Shown: positions 1-9,746 of the stretch, one piece after another
Position numbering within the stretch: the first letter of the stretch is position 1
Layout of the letters: every line of letters starts with the position of its first letter
Assembly (NCBI GenBank): GCA_963675785.1
Contig: OY776562.1
Coordinates: forward strand, 2,816,001 to 2,880,000
DNA from: Anaerolineae bacterium
GTDB lineage: Bacteria; Chloroflexota; Anaerolineae; UBA1429
DNA length: 64,000 nt
Direction: 5' to 3'
Notes under the pieces: generated by a model
Database searches by the model: none
What the model was told of the DNA's origin: nothing
Seen by the model: the letters and a program-made list of their open reading frames with translations, nothing else
Position numbers and translations under genes: made by a program

Positions 1-564
1 GATACTGTCTGGTCTGCTTCAGTAGACGAATGGGACACCCGCTGGATAGCAGAAAATGGTGAACAGCACGATCTTTGGGTGCAGCTGACTGTTTCTACTA
101 TTGCTCAAAGCGACTATGTCACCGTATACACCAAGGGCCAGCCAGAATATGCCGTCAAACATAATGACTCTTTCTGGGATGACGCTTCTTTGGTTGCTGA
201 AACGCCCCCAACAGCAACGCCAACCATGACCAATACACCCACCTTGACGCCGATAGCATCCAATACGCCGTTGCCCACTGAAACGGCAACGTCTACTCTA
301 TCACCCACTGCCACAGCGACCCTACCAGCTACTGCTACAGCTACTGCCACTGCAACAGTCGTTCCGCCTACAGCAACAATGGAACCGCCAACAGCAACCA
401 ATGTTCCGTCTACTGAAACAGCGGTTCCCTCATCAACTGCAACAGCCACTACCACAGCAACTACAGCCGATGAAGCTGAGGGAAACGGTATAATGCTTCT
501 CTACGGAGGTCTGATTATCATCGCAGTGGTTCTCATTTTAAGCAGATTCCGCACCAAACGATAA
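1..564 (+). CDS. C-terminal part (5'-truncated) of a surface protein with a Thr/Pro-rich linker and C-terminal membrane anchor
   Basis: Frame 1 is open from base 1 (DTVWSASVDEW...KHNDSFWDDASL), then a T/P/A-rich linker, a hydrophobic helix and basic tail RFRTKR. Confidence 0.75.
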   Translation, partial: DTVWSASVDEWDTRWIAENGEQHDLWVQLTVSTIAQSDYVTVYTKGQPEYAVKHNDSFWDDASLVAETPPTATPTMTNTPTLTPIASNTPLPTETATSTLSPTATATLPATATATATATVVPPTATMEPPTATNVPSTETAVPSSTATATTTATTADEAEGNGIMLLYGGLIIIAVVLILSRFRTKR

Positions 565-566
565 TC

Positions 567-606
567 AAAAGAGCCCTCTGCGCAATGCCAGAGGGCTCTT
601 TCTTTT
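567..606 (+). terminator. Intrinsic terminator
   Basis: AAAGAGCCCTCTG / CAGAGGGCTCTTT stem followed by T-rich tract. Confidence 0.8.
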
Positions 607-697
607 AACGCCAGAACGTCTCTATCTAGCCCTGTAGACACAAGCCCCGATTGGGCTATAATGGTATCGTTCCTGCAAGTAAAAGCGAGGAGGTTCG

Positions 698-1678
698 ATG
701 CAACCCGATCCCGTACTCTTTAGCATAGGCAACTTTTCGGTTTACTGGTACGGCGTCCTCATTACAGTCGGCGTCATACTCGCCACGTATCTTGCCAGCA
801 AGCTGGCACAACGAGATGGTCACGACCCCGACCTTGCCTGGACCCTGATGGTCTACGTGCTCATCCCTGGTATCTTGGGTGGGCGTCTCTATCACGTCAT
901 CTCGAGCTGGAATTACTATTCTGCTAATCCACAGGATATCATTCAGCTGCAAATGCAGGGCTTTGGCATTTTTGGCGCCGTTTTTGGCGGCATTGTCGGC
1001 CTGCTCATTTTTGCCAAGGTTTACAAGCAGAGCTTTTTGCAGTGGGCTGACTTTGTGGCGCCGGGTCTTATTCTAGCCCAGGCTATCGGTCGTTGGGGAA
1101 ACTTTTTCAATCAGGAACTCTTTGGTCCACCAACAGATCTCCCCTGGGGCATCTATATCTCTCCTGAGAACCGCATTGGCGCGAATCTACCTGCTGATTA
1201 TATCAATTACGAGTACTTTCATCCTACATTCTTTTATGAATCGCTCCTGAATTTTATCTCTTTCCTGGTGCTCTATTATCTCGCACGTAACTGGAAAAAG
1301 AACCGCATGTACGGCGATATCTTTTTCCTCTATGGCATGTTCTATGCGGTAATTCGCTTCATTATTGAATTCTACCGCCCCGACGCCTGGACGTTAGGCG
1401 GCATCCCGACGGCACAATGGGTCTCGATTGCCATGTTTCTCGTCTGTGGTGCTATTATGCTCATTCGGCACCGGCTGCGCAGAGCCAGCATGGTCTATGA
1501 GCCGAGTGAACCGTGGGTTGCCCCTGAACTCGAAGAATCGCAAACCCAATCCGCCACGGAAGATACCCCTGTCCAAGATGAGGCTTTGCTTGAAAAAGAA
1601 GCCACATCAGAAGATGAACCTGCGAAAGAAGACGAATCACCGGATCCCAAAGATAAATTAACGGATGCTGCTGAATAA
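698..1678 (+). CDS. lgt: Prolipoprotein diacylglyceryl transferase with acidic C-terminal tail
   Basis: YWYG, GGRLYHV, QAIGRWGNFFNQELFG, HPTFFYES motifs; GAGGAGG RBS. Confidence 0.95.
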   Translation: MQPDPVLFSIGNFSVYWYGVLITVGVILATYLASKLAQRDGHDPDLAWTLMVYVLIPGILGGRLYHVISSWNYYSANPQDIIQLQMQGFGIFGAVFGGIVGLLIFAKVYKQSFLQWADFVAPGLILAQAIGRWGNFFNQELFGPPTDLPWGIYISPENRIGANLPADYINYEYFHPTFFYESLLNFISFLVLYYLARNWKKNRMYGDIFFLYGMFYAVIRFIIEFYRPDAWTLGGIPTAQWVSIAMFLVCGAIMLIRHRLRRASMVYEPSEPWVAPELEESQTQSATEDTPVQDEALLEKEATSEDEPAKEDESPDPKDKLTDAAE

Positions 1679-1679
1679 T

Positions 1680-1714
1680 AAAAAGAGGGGAGACCAATGG
1701 TCTCCCCTCTTTTT
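1680..1714. terminator. Bidirectional intrinsic terminator
   Basis: AAAAAGAGGGGAGACC-AAT-GGTCTCCCCTCTTTTT between convergent genes. Confidence 0.85.
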
Positions 1715-1721
1715 ACAAGTG

Positions 1722-2465
1722 CTAAGCAATAGACTGCTCTCCTTGAATACTTTCAACCAAAGCCACGGCCTCTCGAACATCTTCTTCACTGCCGAGCAAG
1801 AGCATTCTGAGCCCGCCTTCAGCACCTGCGATGCCACCAGCAGCAACGGGCAAAGCATCTACGTTACAAAGCACATCAAACGCCTCGATCTCGGTAAAGA
1901 TATTCCCCTGGACAGGCCACAGTGCGTGTACTTTGCCAAGCGTATCTTCATCTTCAGCAACAATCTCACTTGCCGCTAAAATATCAAAGGGAACTTCTTT
2001 TTCTAATCCCACAGGAACCAACAGATTTAGCATGCCACCGATAATTTTGCCAATAGCACCGCCTATAGTGCCTCCGACAGGATGACCAATAGTAATGCCG
2101 GCAATGCCTGCCTGATAGTTGAGTGCGTTGGCCCCTTTGATATAGATATCTCCTGGCTTCATCTTGGCCAAAGCAGTCAGCCTATCCAAACTAGGATCGG
2201 GCTTGCCATCAACCAGCACAAGATCGGCAAGACCTTCTACTTGCCATGTGCCCTTGGCTTTAGCAGGTGTGGTGCGACCGGTTACATAGGCACGCTTATC
2301 AATCGTCTGGCCAGTTAGTTCTTCATACACATAACCATTCGTGGTACCCGAAGTCACCACGATGATGCCTTTATCCATCTTTTCGCGAACCTGGTCCAAA
2401 GCGGCAATTCCCTTGGCAATCAGTCTCTTTGATTCGGATACCGTCAAAACAACTTCTGCTTTCAT
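1722..2465 (-). CDS. Conserved hypothetical protein
   Basis: 247-aa ORF with LTVSESKRLIAKG, GTTNGY, KGANA, VGLEK and AGGIAGAEG motifs of an uncharacterised family; RBS upstream. Confidence 0.7.
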   Translation of the reverse strand: MKAEVVLTVSESKRLIAKGIAALDQVREKMDKGIIVVTSGTTNGYVYEELTGQTIDKRAYVTGRTTPAKAKGTWQVEGLADLVLVDGKPDPSLDRLTALAKMKPGDIYIKGANALNYQAGIAGITIGHPVGGTIGGAIGKIIGGMLNLLVPVGLEKEVPFDILAASEIVAEDEDTLGKVHALWPVQGNIFTEIEAFDVLCNVDALPVAAGGIAGAEGGLRMLLLGSEEDVREAVALVESIQGEQSIA

Positions 2466-2481
2466 TATCTTCCCCCTATAC

Positions 2482-3051
2482 CTAGTAAACGGTTACAAGA
2501 TCCCTGATCTGTGAAAAGGTTACATCACCTATGCCGGGCACATCCAACAGCTCTTCACACGAACTGAAAGGACCATTTTCGGTGCGATATTGGATAATAC
2601 TCCCGGCAGTAACGGGGCCAATACTGGGAAGTTGATCGAGTTCTGCTTCAGTTGCTGTGTTGAGATCAATCAACCCATCTTCCTGTAAAGAAGTTGCACC
2701 TACGGATACCTGCTCATCTACAGCCGGGATATAGATTTTCTGGGCATCAACCAAATAAGCGGCCAAATTCACCGCCTGCCGGTCAGCATCATCCGCAAAT
2801 CCACCGGCACTGTCCACAGCATCCAAAACCCGACTGCCGGAAGGAAGCGAGTAGACGCCTGGCGAGACAACCTGCCCAGTTACGTGAACGTACACCTCGG
2901 AAGATACGCCCTCTTGCTGGCTGGTATCTTGCACAAACTGTACCGTCTCGGGGCCAAGCTTGGCAGAGACAAGGTTGTAAATCGCAAAACACACAAGGCA
3001 ACAGATCACACCGATGACAAAGGGAGCCAAATGCTCCTTGAGTTTTTCCAT
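2482..3051 (-). CDS. comEA: ComEA family DNA-binding protein (TM, SLBB, helix-hairpin-helix)
   Basis: VHVTGQVVSPGVY, VNLAAYLVDAQKIYIP, IDLNTATEAELDQLPSIGPVTA; start set at ATG 3051. Confidence 0.9.
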   Translation of the reverse strand: MEKLKEHLAPFVIGVICCLVCFAIYNLVSAKLGPETVQFVQDTSQQEGVSSEVYVHVTGQVVSPGVYSLPSGSRVLDAVDSAGGFADDADRQAVNLAAYLVDAQKIYIPAVDEQVSVGATSLQEDGLIDLNTATEAELDQLPSIGPVTAGSIIQYRTENGPFSSCEELLDVPGIGDVTFSQIRDLVTVY

Positions 3052-3126
3052 GTGCACTCTTTTCAACAACCTCTTTGATGTTAACACGTGACATGGTGAA
3101 TGACAACAAGCCAGAGAGTGAGATTT

Positions 3127-3153
3127 TTGGCACTCTGGCGTTTACACTGCTAA
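3127..3153. promoter_or_regulatory. CIRCE element 1 (HrcA operator)
   Basis: TTGGCACTC-N9-CACTGCTAA versus consensus TTAGCACTC-N9-GAGTGCTAA. Confidence 0.75.
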
Positions 3154-3162
3154 ATCAACACC

Positions 3163-3191
3163 TTGACAGCTTTAAATCATGGTGCTATCAT
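3163..3191 (+). promoter_or_regulatory. Sigma70/SigA promoter of hrcA operon
   Basis: TTGACA (3163-3168), 17-bp spacer, TGcTATCAT extended -10 (3186-3191). Confidence 0.8.
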
Positions 3192-3192
3192 A

Positions 3193-3219
3193 CTAGCACT
3201 CTGTTATCGAGACTGCTAA
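3193..3219. promoter_or_regulatory. CIRCE element 2 (HrcA operator)
   Basis: CTAGCACTC-N9-GACTGCTAA directly after the -10 and upstream of hrcA. Confidence 0.88.
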
Positions 3220-3234
3220 CCACAGATAAGAGAT

Positions 3235-4314
3235 ATGATGAACGAACCCGCCGAGCTCTCGCCCCGACAAAAAGAAATCCTGGCCATACTCGTACATGAG
3301 TACATCACAACGGCCACACCCGTCGGATCGAATACGATCCGCGATGCTGGGCGTATGTCTGTGAGTTCGGCCACGATCCGCAACGAGCTCATGTCTCTTG
3401 AAGATGCAGGCTTTATCATTCAACCGCACACATCGGCGGGGCGAATTCCAACCTTATTGGGGTACCGTCTGTTTGTGGAGCAGCTCATGGGTAACGTCAA
3501 GTTGCCGGACTATGAACAAAGAACGATTGAGCATCAGTTCTATCAGATGGGTACAGATATTGATCAATGGATGAAGTTGACGGCCGCTGTGCTGGCACGA
3601 GCAGTCGACACAGCTTCGTTTGTTACTCCGCCAGTGGCGGGCGAATCCCGTTTCCGGCATATCGAACTCATATCCGTAAGCGAATCAGCAATTCTTCTTG
3701 TGATGGTTCTCCAAGATGGATCCATTCATCAGGAGATGCTCGCCACAACGAATTCGATTTCTCAGGATGTCCTGAGTCGTGCGTCAAATCGACTTAACGC
3801 CCTGTTTGAAGATCTTGATATCAACGAAATTCGTCGATTCCAATGGCCAGAAGGCTTTGCTCCGCAGGATTGGGAAGAGCAAGTCATTCGGCACATCATC
3901 GACCGCATGAGCAATGTGAATAGCACAGCGGTGGGTCGTATCTATCATGATGGGCTCGTCAATGTTCTCAAGCAGCCCGAGTTTCTTGACATCGACCGCT
4001 TTCAGCACGTGTTAGAAATTGTTGAACGAAGAGGTGTTCTAGAATCCGTATTGACAAGTATTTTGAGAGCCAACGGTGTCCAGGTCATTATCGGCGGCAC
4101 AGGGCGTTTCGGCTCTATCGATGATTTGAGTCTGGTGCTGACACCTTATGGCGTTCAAGGGCTAGCCAGCGGTGTATTGGGCGTTATGGGGCCCACCCGC
4201 ATGCCTTACGCACGTGCCGTATCCACTGTGCGCTACGTCTCGGGCATTATGAGTGGGATCGTCGCAGGACTTTACGGTGATCGACCTCAGAATGATGCAC
4301 ATTCGGCAAGTTGA
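3235..4314 (+). CDS. hrcA: Heat-inducible transcription repressor HrcA
   Basis: PVGS, VSSATIRNEL, QPHTSAGRIPT, GVMGPTRMPY motifs; precedes grpE-dnaK. Confidence 0.97.
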   Translation: MMNEPAELSPRQKEILAILVHEYITTATPVGSNTIRDAGRMSVSSATIRNELMSLEDAGFIIQPHTSAGRIPTLLGYRLFVEQLMGNVKLPDYEQRTIEHQFYQMGTDIDQWMKLTAAVLARAVDTASFVTPPVAGESRFRHIELISVSESAILLVMVLQDGSIHQEMLATTNSISQDVLSRASNRLNALFEDLDINEIRRFQWPEGFAPQDWEEQVIRHIIDRMSNVNSTAVGRIYHDGLVNVLKQPEFLDIDRFQHVLEIVERRGVLESVLTSILRANGVQVIIGGTGRFGSIDDLSLVLTPYGVQGLASGVLGVMGPTRMPYARAVSTVRYVSGIMSGIVAGLYGDRPQNDAHSAS

Positions 4315-4320
4315 GAGAGG

Positions 4321-4896
4321 ATGCTAATGACATTTAGTGAAAATGAAGACAACAGAAACACTCCTCGAACTGATGATCAGCAAGAAAGCACTTCTGAGGG
4401 TATAGCGGATACAGAGGCACTCTTTACTAGAATAAAAGAACTTGAGAGCGAGAGTGCCGAAAACCGCGATAAATATTTGCGTTCTGTTGCCGATTTATCC
4501 AATTATCGCAAACGAATCGAGCGCGACCGGGAGCAGCAAGCCTGGCGAGAAAAAGCCAGAATCGTATCCCGTTTTCTCGAGATTATGGATGATTTTGAGC
4601 GCGCCACAGACGCTATCCCTGAGACCGTGAGAAACGATGGCTGGGTTGAAGGCATCATGTTGGTTGAGCGCAAGCTTCGCACGACGCTTCAGGAATTCAA
4701 CGTTGAAACTTTTACATCAGTCGGGCAAGTCTTTGATCCCAATCTACATTCTGCACTGATGGAAGGCGAAAGCAATACGTATCCCCAGGGTGTTGTGATG
4801 GCAGAGCTGCAAAAGGGATACATGATGGATGACCAAGTGCTTCGGCATGCAATGGTACAGGTTTCTTCGGGCACATCTGGCAATAACAACCAATAG
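4321..4896 (+). CDS. grpE: Nucleotide exchange factor GrpE (start may be ATG 4327)
   Basis: ADLSNYRKR, FDPNLHSA, QKGY...VLRHAMVQV. Confidence 0.95.
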   Translation: MLMTFSENEDNRNTPRTDDQQESTSEGIADTEALFTRIKELESESAENRDKYLRSVADLSNYRKRIERDREQQAWREKARIVSRFLEIMDDFERATDAIPETVRNDGWVEGIMLVERKLRTTLQEFNVETFTSVGQVFDPNLHSALMEGESNTYPQGVVMAELQKGYMMDDQVLRHAMVQVSSGTSGNNNQ

Positions 4897-4930
4897 CAAC
4901 AAAAATACGACTTTCTAGGAGGCTTTTATA

Positions 4931-6808
4931 ATGGCAAAGATAATCGGTATTGACCTTGGCACCACCAACTCTGTGGTTGCAGTGATGGAGGGCGGTGAGC
5001 CCACAGTCATCACAACAGCTGAAGGTTCGCGCTTGTGCCCATCAGTCGTGGCCGTCAATCCCAAAACAGGTGAGCGAATGGTGGGGCAGGTTGCACGCCG
5101 ACAAGCCATTACGAACCCTGATAACACTATTTTCTCCATAAAGCGCCTTATGGGACGCAAGTATGATGACCCTCTGGTTCGCAAAGCCCAAAGCATTCTC
5201 CCTTACAAAATCGTCGAACGAGACAACGGCGATGCATGGGTTGTGATGAACGGCAAAGAATATTCGGCTCCCGAGGTCTCGGCCATGATTCTGGCCAAGC
5301 TCAAGGCCGATGCAGAGGCCTATCTCGGTGAAAAAGTCACTCAGGCCGTCATCACTGTTCCTGCTTATTTCAATGATTCGCAGCGCCAGGCGACAAAGGA
5401 TGCTGGCCGCATTGCCGGACTCGAAGTCATGCGTATCATCAACGAGCCGACAGCATCCTCTTTGGCTTATGGTCTTGATAAAAAGAAGGATGAGCGAATA
5501 GCCGTCTATGATCTCGGTGGTGGCACATTCGATATCTCGATCCTCGATATTGGCGACGGTGTCTTTGAGGTTAAATCCACAAACGGCGACACCTTCCTCG
5601 GCGGCGATGACTTTGATCAGACCATCATCAACTGGATCGCCGATGAGTTCAAAAAAGAACAGGGTATCGACCTGCGTAGCGACCGTATGGCTCTTCAGCG
5701 CCTCAAGGAGGCAGCAGAAAAGGCCAAGATCGAGCTCTCGACAACAATGCAAACCGAGATCAATCTGCCCTTTATTACGGCAGACGCCAGCGGACCCAAG
5801 CATTTGAATATGAACCTGACCCGTGCCAAGCTTGAACAGCTTGTAGAGAGCCTCGTAGATCGTTCACTCGAACCCTGTCGAAAGGCACTCAAAGATGCTG
5901 GCTTAACGATCAAAGACATTGATGAGGTGGTGTTGGTTGGTGGCCAAACGCGTATGCCCTTGGTGCAAAAACGCGTCGAAGAATTTTTTGGCAAAGCGCC
6001 CCACAAAGGCGTTAACCCGGATGAAGTAGTCGCCATTGGGGCTGCTATCCAGGCTGGCGTACTCGCTGGGACTGTCGACGACGTGCTGCTTTTGGATGTA
6101 ACGCCCCTGACACTGGGCATTGAAACCCTTGGTGGTGTAGCAACACCTCTCATCGATCGCAACACGACGATCCCAACCAAGCGCAGCCAAGTCTTTTCGA
6201 CCGCCTCGGATAGTCAGACTCAAGTGCAGATCACTGTGGTTCAGGGCGAGCGGCCTATGGCCCGCGATAACAAGCAGCTGGGCACCTTTGTGCTGGACGG
6301 CATTCCGCCCGCGCCACGTGGCGTGCCGCAAGTCGAAGTAACCTTTGACATCGATGCCGACGGCATTTTGCACGTCTCTGCCAAGGATAAAGCGACTGGG
6401 CGTGAACAGAAAATCACCATCACAGCCTCTAGCGGCCTGACTGAAAATGAAATCGACAAAATGGTTCACGAAGCCGAGCAGCACCGCGACGAGGATGAGC
6501 GTCATAAGGACGAGATTGAAAAGCGCAATCAGGCTGACTCAATGGTCTATAGCGCTGAAAAGACCCTGAGAGACCTCGGCGACAAGGTGCCAGCTGACAT
6601 CAGAACAGACGTCGAAGCCAAAGCAGAGGCTCTCAAAGAGGCTCTCAAAGGCGATAACCTCGACCAAATCGATCGTGCTTCAAACGATCTGCAGGTAGCA
6701 ATGAGCAAGATCGGCGAGAAAATGTACCAGCAGGAAGGTCCTCAGGATAACAGCAGTGGAGCCCCTGACGATGATTCCACAGTTGATGGCGAGTTCAGAG
6801 AGGTCTAA
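4931..6808 (+). CDS. dnaK: Chaperone DnaK
   Basis: [35 protein letters not shown]. Confidence 0.99.
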   Translation: MAKIIGIDLGTTNSVVAVMEGGEPTVITTAEGSRLCPSVVAVNPKTGERMVGQVARRQAITNPDNTIFSIKRLMGRKYDDPLVRKAQSILPYKIVERDNGDAWVVMNGKEYSAPEVSAMILAKLKADAEAYLGEKVTQAVITVPAYFNDSQRQATKDAGRIAGLEVMRIINEPTASSLAYGLDKKKDERIAVYDLGGGTFDISILDIGDGVFEVKSTNGDTFLGGDDFDQTIINWIADEFKKEQGIDLRSDRMALQRLKEAAEKAKIELSTTMQTEINLPFITADASGPKHLNMNLTRAKLEQLVESLVDRSLEPCRKALKDAGLTIKDIDEVVLVGGQTRMPLVQKRVEEFFGKAPHKGVNPDEVVAIGAAIQAGVLAGTVDDVLLLDVTPLTLGIETLGGVATPLIDRNTTIPTKRSQVFSTASDSQTQVQITVVQGERPMARDNKQLGTFVLDGIPPAPRGVPQVEVTFDIDADGILHVSAKDKATGREQKITITASSGLTENEIDKMVHEAEQHRDEDERHKDEIEKRNQADSMVYSAEKTLRDLGDKVPADIRTDVEAKAEALKEALKGDNLDQIDRASNDLQVAMSKIGEKMYQQEGPQDNSSGAPDDDSTVDGEFREV

Positions 6809-6828
6809 CCTCACACGGCTCACTCACA

Positions 6829-6864
6829 AACAAGGGTTAGGAGCGCAGGCCCCTAACCCTTGTT
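6829..6864 (+). terminator. Stem-loop after dnaK (partial terminator or mRNA stabiliser)
   Basis: AACAAGGGTTAGG / CCTAACCCTTGTT. Confidence 0.6.
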
Positions 6865-6948
6865 CGCTTGTTAATTGGATACGTCAGTAAGCACATTTTG
6901 ACCAGCCGTGCTCACACAAATAAACTCTCGTTCAGGAGATAACTGCTT

Positions 6949-8067
6949 ATGGCTTCTGAAAAACGTGATTATTATGAGCTCCTCGGCATTCCGCGTGATG
7001 CAGACAAAGATGCGATTCGCTCTGCCTATCGTAAACTTGCCCGCCAGTACCATCCGGATGTTAACAAGGATGCGGATGCCGAAGATCAATTCAAAGAGAT
7101 CAACGAAGCTTACCAGGTTCTGAACGACGAGGAAAAACGCGCCGTTTATGACCGCTATGGGCATGCCGGTCTGAATCAAAACGGCAATGCAGGGTCTGGC
7201 GCTGGCTTTGGCTTTGATTTCTCTGATATTATGGAGGACTTTTTCGGCTTTGGTACGCGCACATCGCGTCAAGGACCAATGCGAGGTGCAGATCTTCGCT
7301 ATGACCTCGAGATCACCTTTGAAGAAGCCGTTCTGGGTGTAGAAAAAGAAATAGAGGTCAACCGACGAGAGGCCTGCCCTCATTGCCAAGGCTCGGGTGC
7401 AGAGCCCGGTACCTCCCCAATCCGTTGCCCTGACTGTAATGGTACGGGCCAAATACGCCGCGCCCAGCAATCGCTCTTTGGTCAATTTGTCAATGTTACC
7501 ACCTGCCCCAGATGTGAAGGGCGTGGAGAGATCGTTACCACACCCTGTTCGGTATGCCATGGCGAACGCCGTGTAGAACAAGCGCGCAAGTTATCCATCA
7601 AAATACCGGCGGGGGTAGATAACGGGAACCGCATTCGCCTCTCGGGCGAAGGCGAAGCAGGCATGCAGGGCGGTCCCACTGGCAGTCTCTATATCATTTT
7701 ACACGTGATGCCTCATGCCTTTTTCAGAAGGCAAGATCAGGATATCATTCTGAATCTCAATATAAACGTCGCCCAGGCCGCTTTGGGAGACAAAGTGGAC
7801 GTGCCCACTATTGAAGGTGAAGAAACGATAACAATCCCCGCCGGTACCCAAACAGGGCACGTTATCACCCTCAAAGGTAAAGGCGTTGTCGGCGTACACA
7901 GTACCCACCGCGGCAATCAACGCGTCTTTATCAATGTCGTCATCCCTACCAAGCTAACCAAAGAGCAAAAAGAACTGTTTAGGGAACTCGGCAGTTCGCT
8001 TGGGGGAGAGAGCATTGAAGAAGAGCGGTCGTTCATGGATAGGCTCAAAGAAGCCTTGGGAGGTTAG
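6949..8067 (+). CDS. dnaJ: Chaperone DnaJ
   Basis: J domain with HPD, G/F-rich linker, four CxxCxGxG-type zinc motifs. Confidence 0.98.
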   Translation: MASEKRDYYELLGIPRDADKDAIRSAYRKLARQYHPDVNKDADAEDQFKEINEAYQVLNDEEKRAVYDRYGHAGLNQNGNAGSGAGFGFDFSDIMEDFFGFGTRTSRQGPMRGADLRYDLEITFEEAVLGVEKEIEVNRREACPHCQGSGAEPGTSPIRCPDCNGTGQIRRAQQSLFGQFVNVTTCPRCEGRGEIVTTPCSVCHGERRVEQARKLSIKIPAGVDNGNRIRLSGEGEAGMQGGPTGSLYIILHVMPHAFFRRQDQDIILNLNINVAQAALGDKVDVPTIEGEETITIPAGTQTGHVITLKGKGVVGVHSTHRGNQRVFINVVIPTKLTKEQKELFRELGSSLGGESIEEERSFMDRLKEALGG

Positions 8068-8073
8068 GTAAAC

Positions 8074-8988
8074 GTGGATAGCCGTGAAACCCGTTGGGTC
8101 GAAATAGCTGTTGATGTGCCACGTAATGCTGTTGATGATATTGCTGGTGTTCTGGGGCGCCATTGTGCTGGCGGCGCTATCATTGAAGAATTGCGAGATC
8201 TTCCCGAAGGCCAGGTTAGCGAAACAGTAACCGTAAAAGGCTTTTTGCCGATCTGGGAAGAGGAAGAGCGGCAAAAAGTCGAGATTGCTCTCTTATTACT
8301 GTCCCGTGCAAACGATATCAGTGAGCCTCGAATCACGATTTTGGAGCCCAGGGATTGGGCCGAAGCATGGAAAAGCGGCTATACCGCCCAACGTATTGGT
8401 AAGCACATTCTCATCGTTCCCACCTGGCAAGAAGTTGATCTTCTTCCCGATGATGTGGTCATCAAGCTTGACCCTGGCATGGCCTTTGGAACAGGCCTTC
8501 ACGCTACAACGCGGCTTTGCCTGGCGGCAATGGAAGATAGCATCCCCGCTTTAGCGCGTGTGCTGGATGTGGGTACAGGTTCTGGCATTTTGGCCATTTT
8601 GGCAGCCCTACAAGGTGTGGAGCATGTTGATGCCATCGATAATGACCCAATTGCCGTCCGTACTGCACAAGACAACATTGCCCTGAACAATATGCAAGAC
8701 AAAATCACGGTTACTCTGGGAACGCTGGGAGCTACTGGTCATAGCGAAATCCCAAGACATCCTGGTACGGATTATGATGTTTTGTTGGTGAACATCCTTG
8801 CCGAGATCATCATTCAGATGGCCCCAGAAATCGGGCAGACTCTTGTACCCGGCGGAAAGATTATCGCTTCGGGTATCCTAACATCCAAGGCCGCTATTGT
8901 CGAAGACGCTCTCAACAAAGCCGGTATCATCATTGATGAGCACCCCTTTGAAGGCGAGTGGACTGCTCTCATCGGCCATAAGGAATAG
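8074..8988 (+). CDS. prmA: Ribosomal protein L11 methyltransferase
   Basis: LDPGMAFGTGLHATT, VLDVGTGSGILA; follows dnaJ. Confidence 0.95.
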   Translation: MDSRETRWVEIAVDVPRNAVDDIAGVLGRHCAGGAIIEELRDLPEGQVSETVTVKGFLPIWEEEERQKVEIALLLLSRANDISEPRITILEPRDWAEAWKSGYTAQRIGKHILIVPTWQEVDLLPDDVVIKLDPGMAFGTGLHATTRLCLAAMEDSIPALARVLDVGTGSGILAILAALQGVEHVDAIDNDPIAVRTAQDNIALNNMQDKITVTLGTLGATGHSEIPRHPGTDYDVLLVNILAEIIIQMAPEIGQTLVPGGKIIASGILTSKAAIVEDALNKAGIIIDEHPFEGEWTALIGHKE

Positions 8989-8994
8989 CTCAAC

Positions 8995-9717
8995 ATGCAG
9001 CGCTTCTTTGTCGATCCAGAAGTGATACGGGGAGATATGGCAATTCTTACAGACGCCATCTCCAAACAGCTCTATAATGTCCTGCGTCAAACTCCGGGAC
9101 AAGAGATCACACTTCTGGACAATACAGGAACGGCTTATCTGGCGATCATCGAGTCATGTTCATCCAAAGAGACACGATGCCTCATCTCCAAAACATGGCA
9201 GCCCGATACCGAACCCAACACGCATATTGTGCTTTTTCAGGCAATTCCCAAGAATCAGCGTATGGATATCGTGCTGCAAAAAGCGACAGAATTGGGAGTC
9301 AGTGCTTTTATTCCATTGATCTGTGAACATTCCGTGGTAAGGATAGACGCTAACAGCAGCAAGATCGAGCGATGGCAACGGATTGTTCAAGAGGCTGCCG
9401 AACAATCGGGTAGAGCGCGCATTCCAGAGGTTCAGCATCCTAAGACGCTGGCCGAGGCACTTGCAGGCTCGGTTGAAGACACACAAGTCATCATTCCGTG
9501 TCTTTCAAGGAACACAGTACCCCTCTCGCAAGTGTCCCTTTCAGAAAAGCTCCACATTTTTATAGGGCCAGAAGGCGGTTTCTCAGCCCAAGAACTCGAT
9601 ATAGCAAAAGAGCGGGGCGCACATCTCGTCTCACTTGGAAAACGTATCTTGCGTTCAGAAACGGCGGGCATTGTTGCCAGTGCCCTAGCTTTGTATCAGA
9701 GAGGTGAACTAGACTAG
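8995..9717 (+). CDS. rsmE: 16S rRNA m3U1498 methyltransferase
   Basis: QKATELGV, EAAEQSGR, IGPEGGFS, LGKRILRSETA. Confidence 0.96.
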   Translation: MQRFFVDPEVIRGDMAILTDAISKQLYNVLRQTPGQEITLLDNTGTAYLAIIESCSSKETRCLISKTWQPDTEPNTHIVLFQAIPKNQRMDIVLQKATELGVSAFIPLICEHSVVRIDANSSKIERWQRIVQEAAEQSGRARIPEVQHPKTLAEALAGSVEDTQVIIPCLSRNTVPLSQVSLSEKLHIFIGPEGGFSAQELDIAKERGAHLVSLGKRILRSETAGIVASALALYQRGELD

Positions 9718-9746
9718 ACAGAGTCACCATCTCTATAGGTAAGCAA

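Noticed and set aside
114-455. Val/Ala/Gly-rich minus-strand ORF (also 58184..58621)
   Set aside because: Antisense shadows of Thr/Pro-rich linkers in real plus-strand genes
3079-3096. TGTTAACACGTGACA considered as a parS site
   Set aside because: Only the CACGTGA core matches TGTTTCACGTGAAACA; arms do not form the palindrome
5042-6505. Long antisense ORFs within dnaK (also 51919..52638 and 60079..60714)
   Set aside because: Lie wholly opposite well-conserved genes, with no recognisable motifs; explained by codon bias
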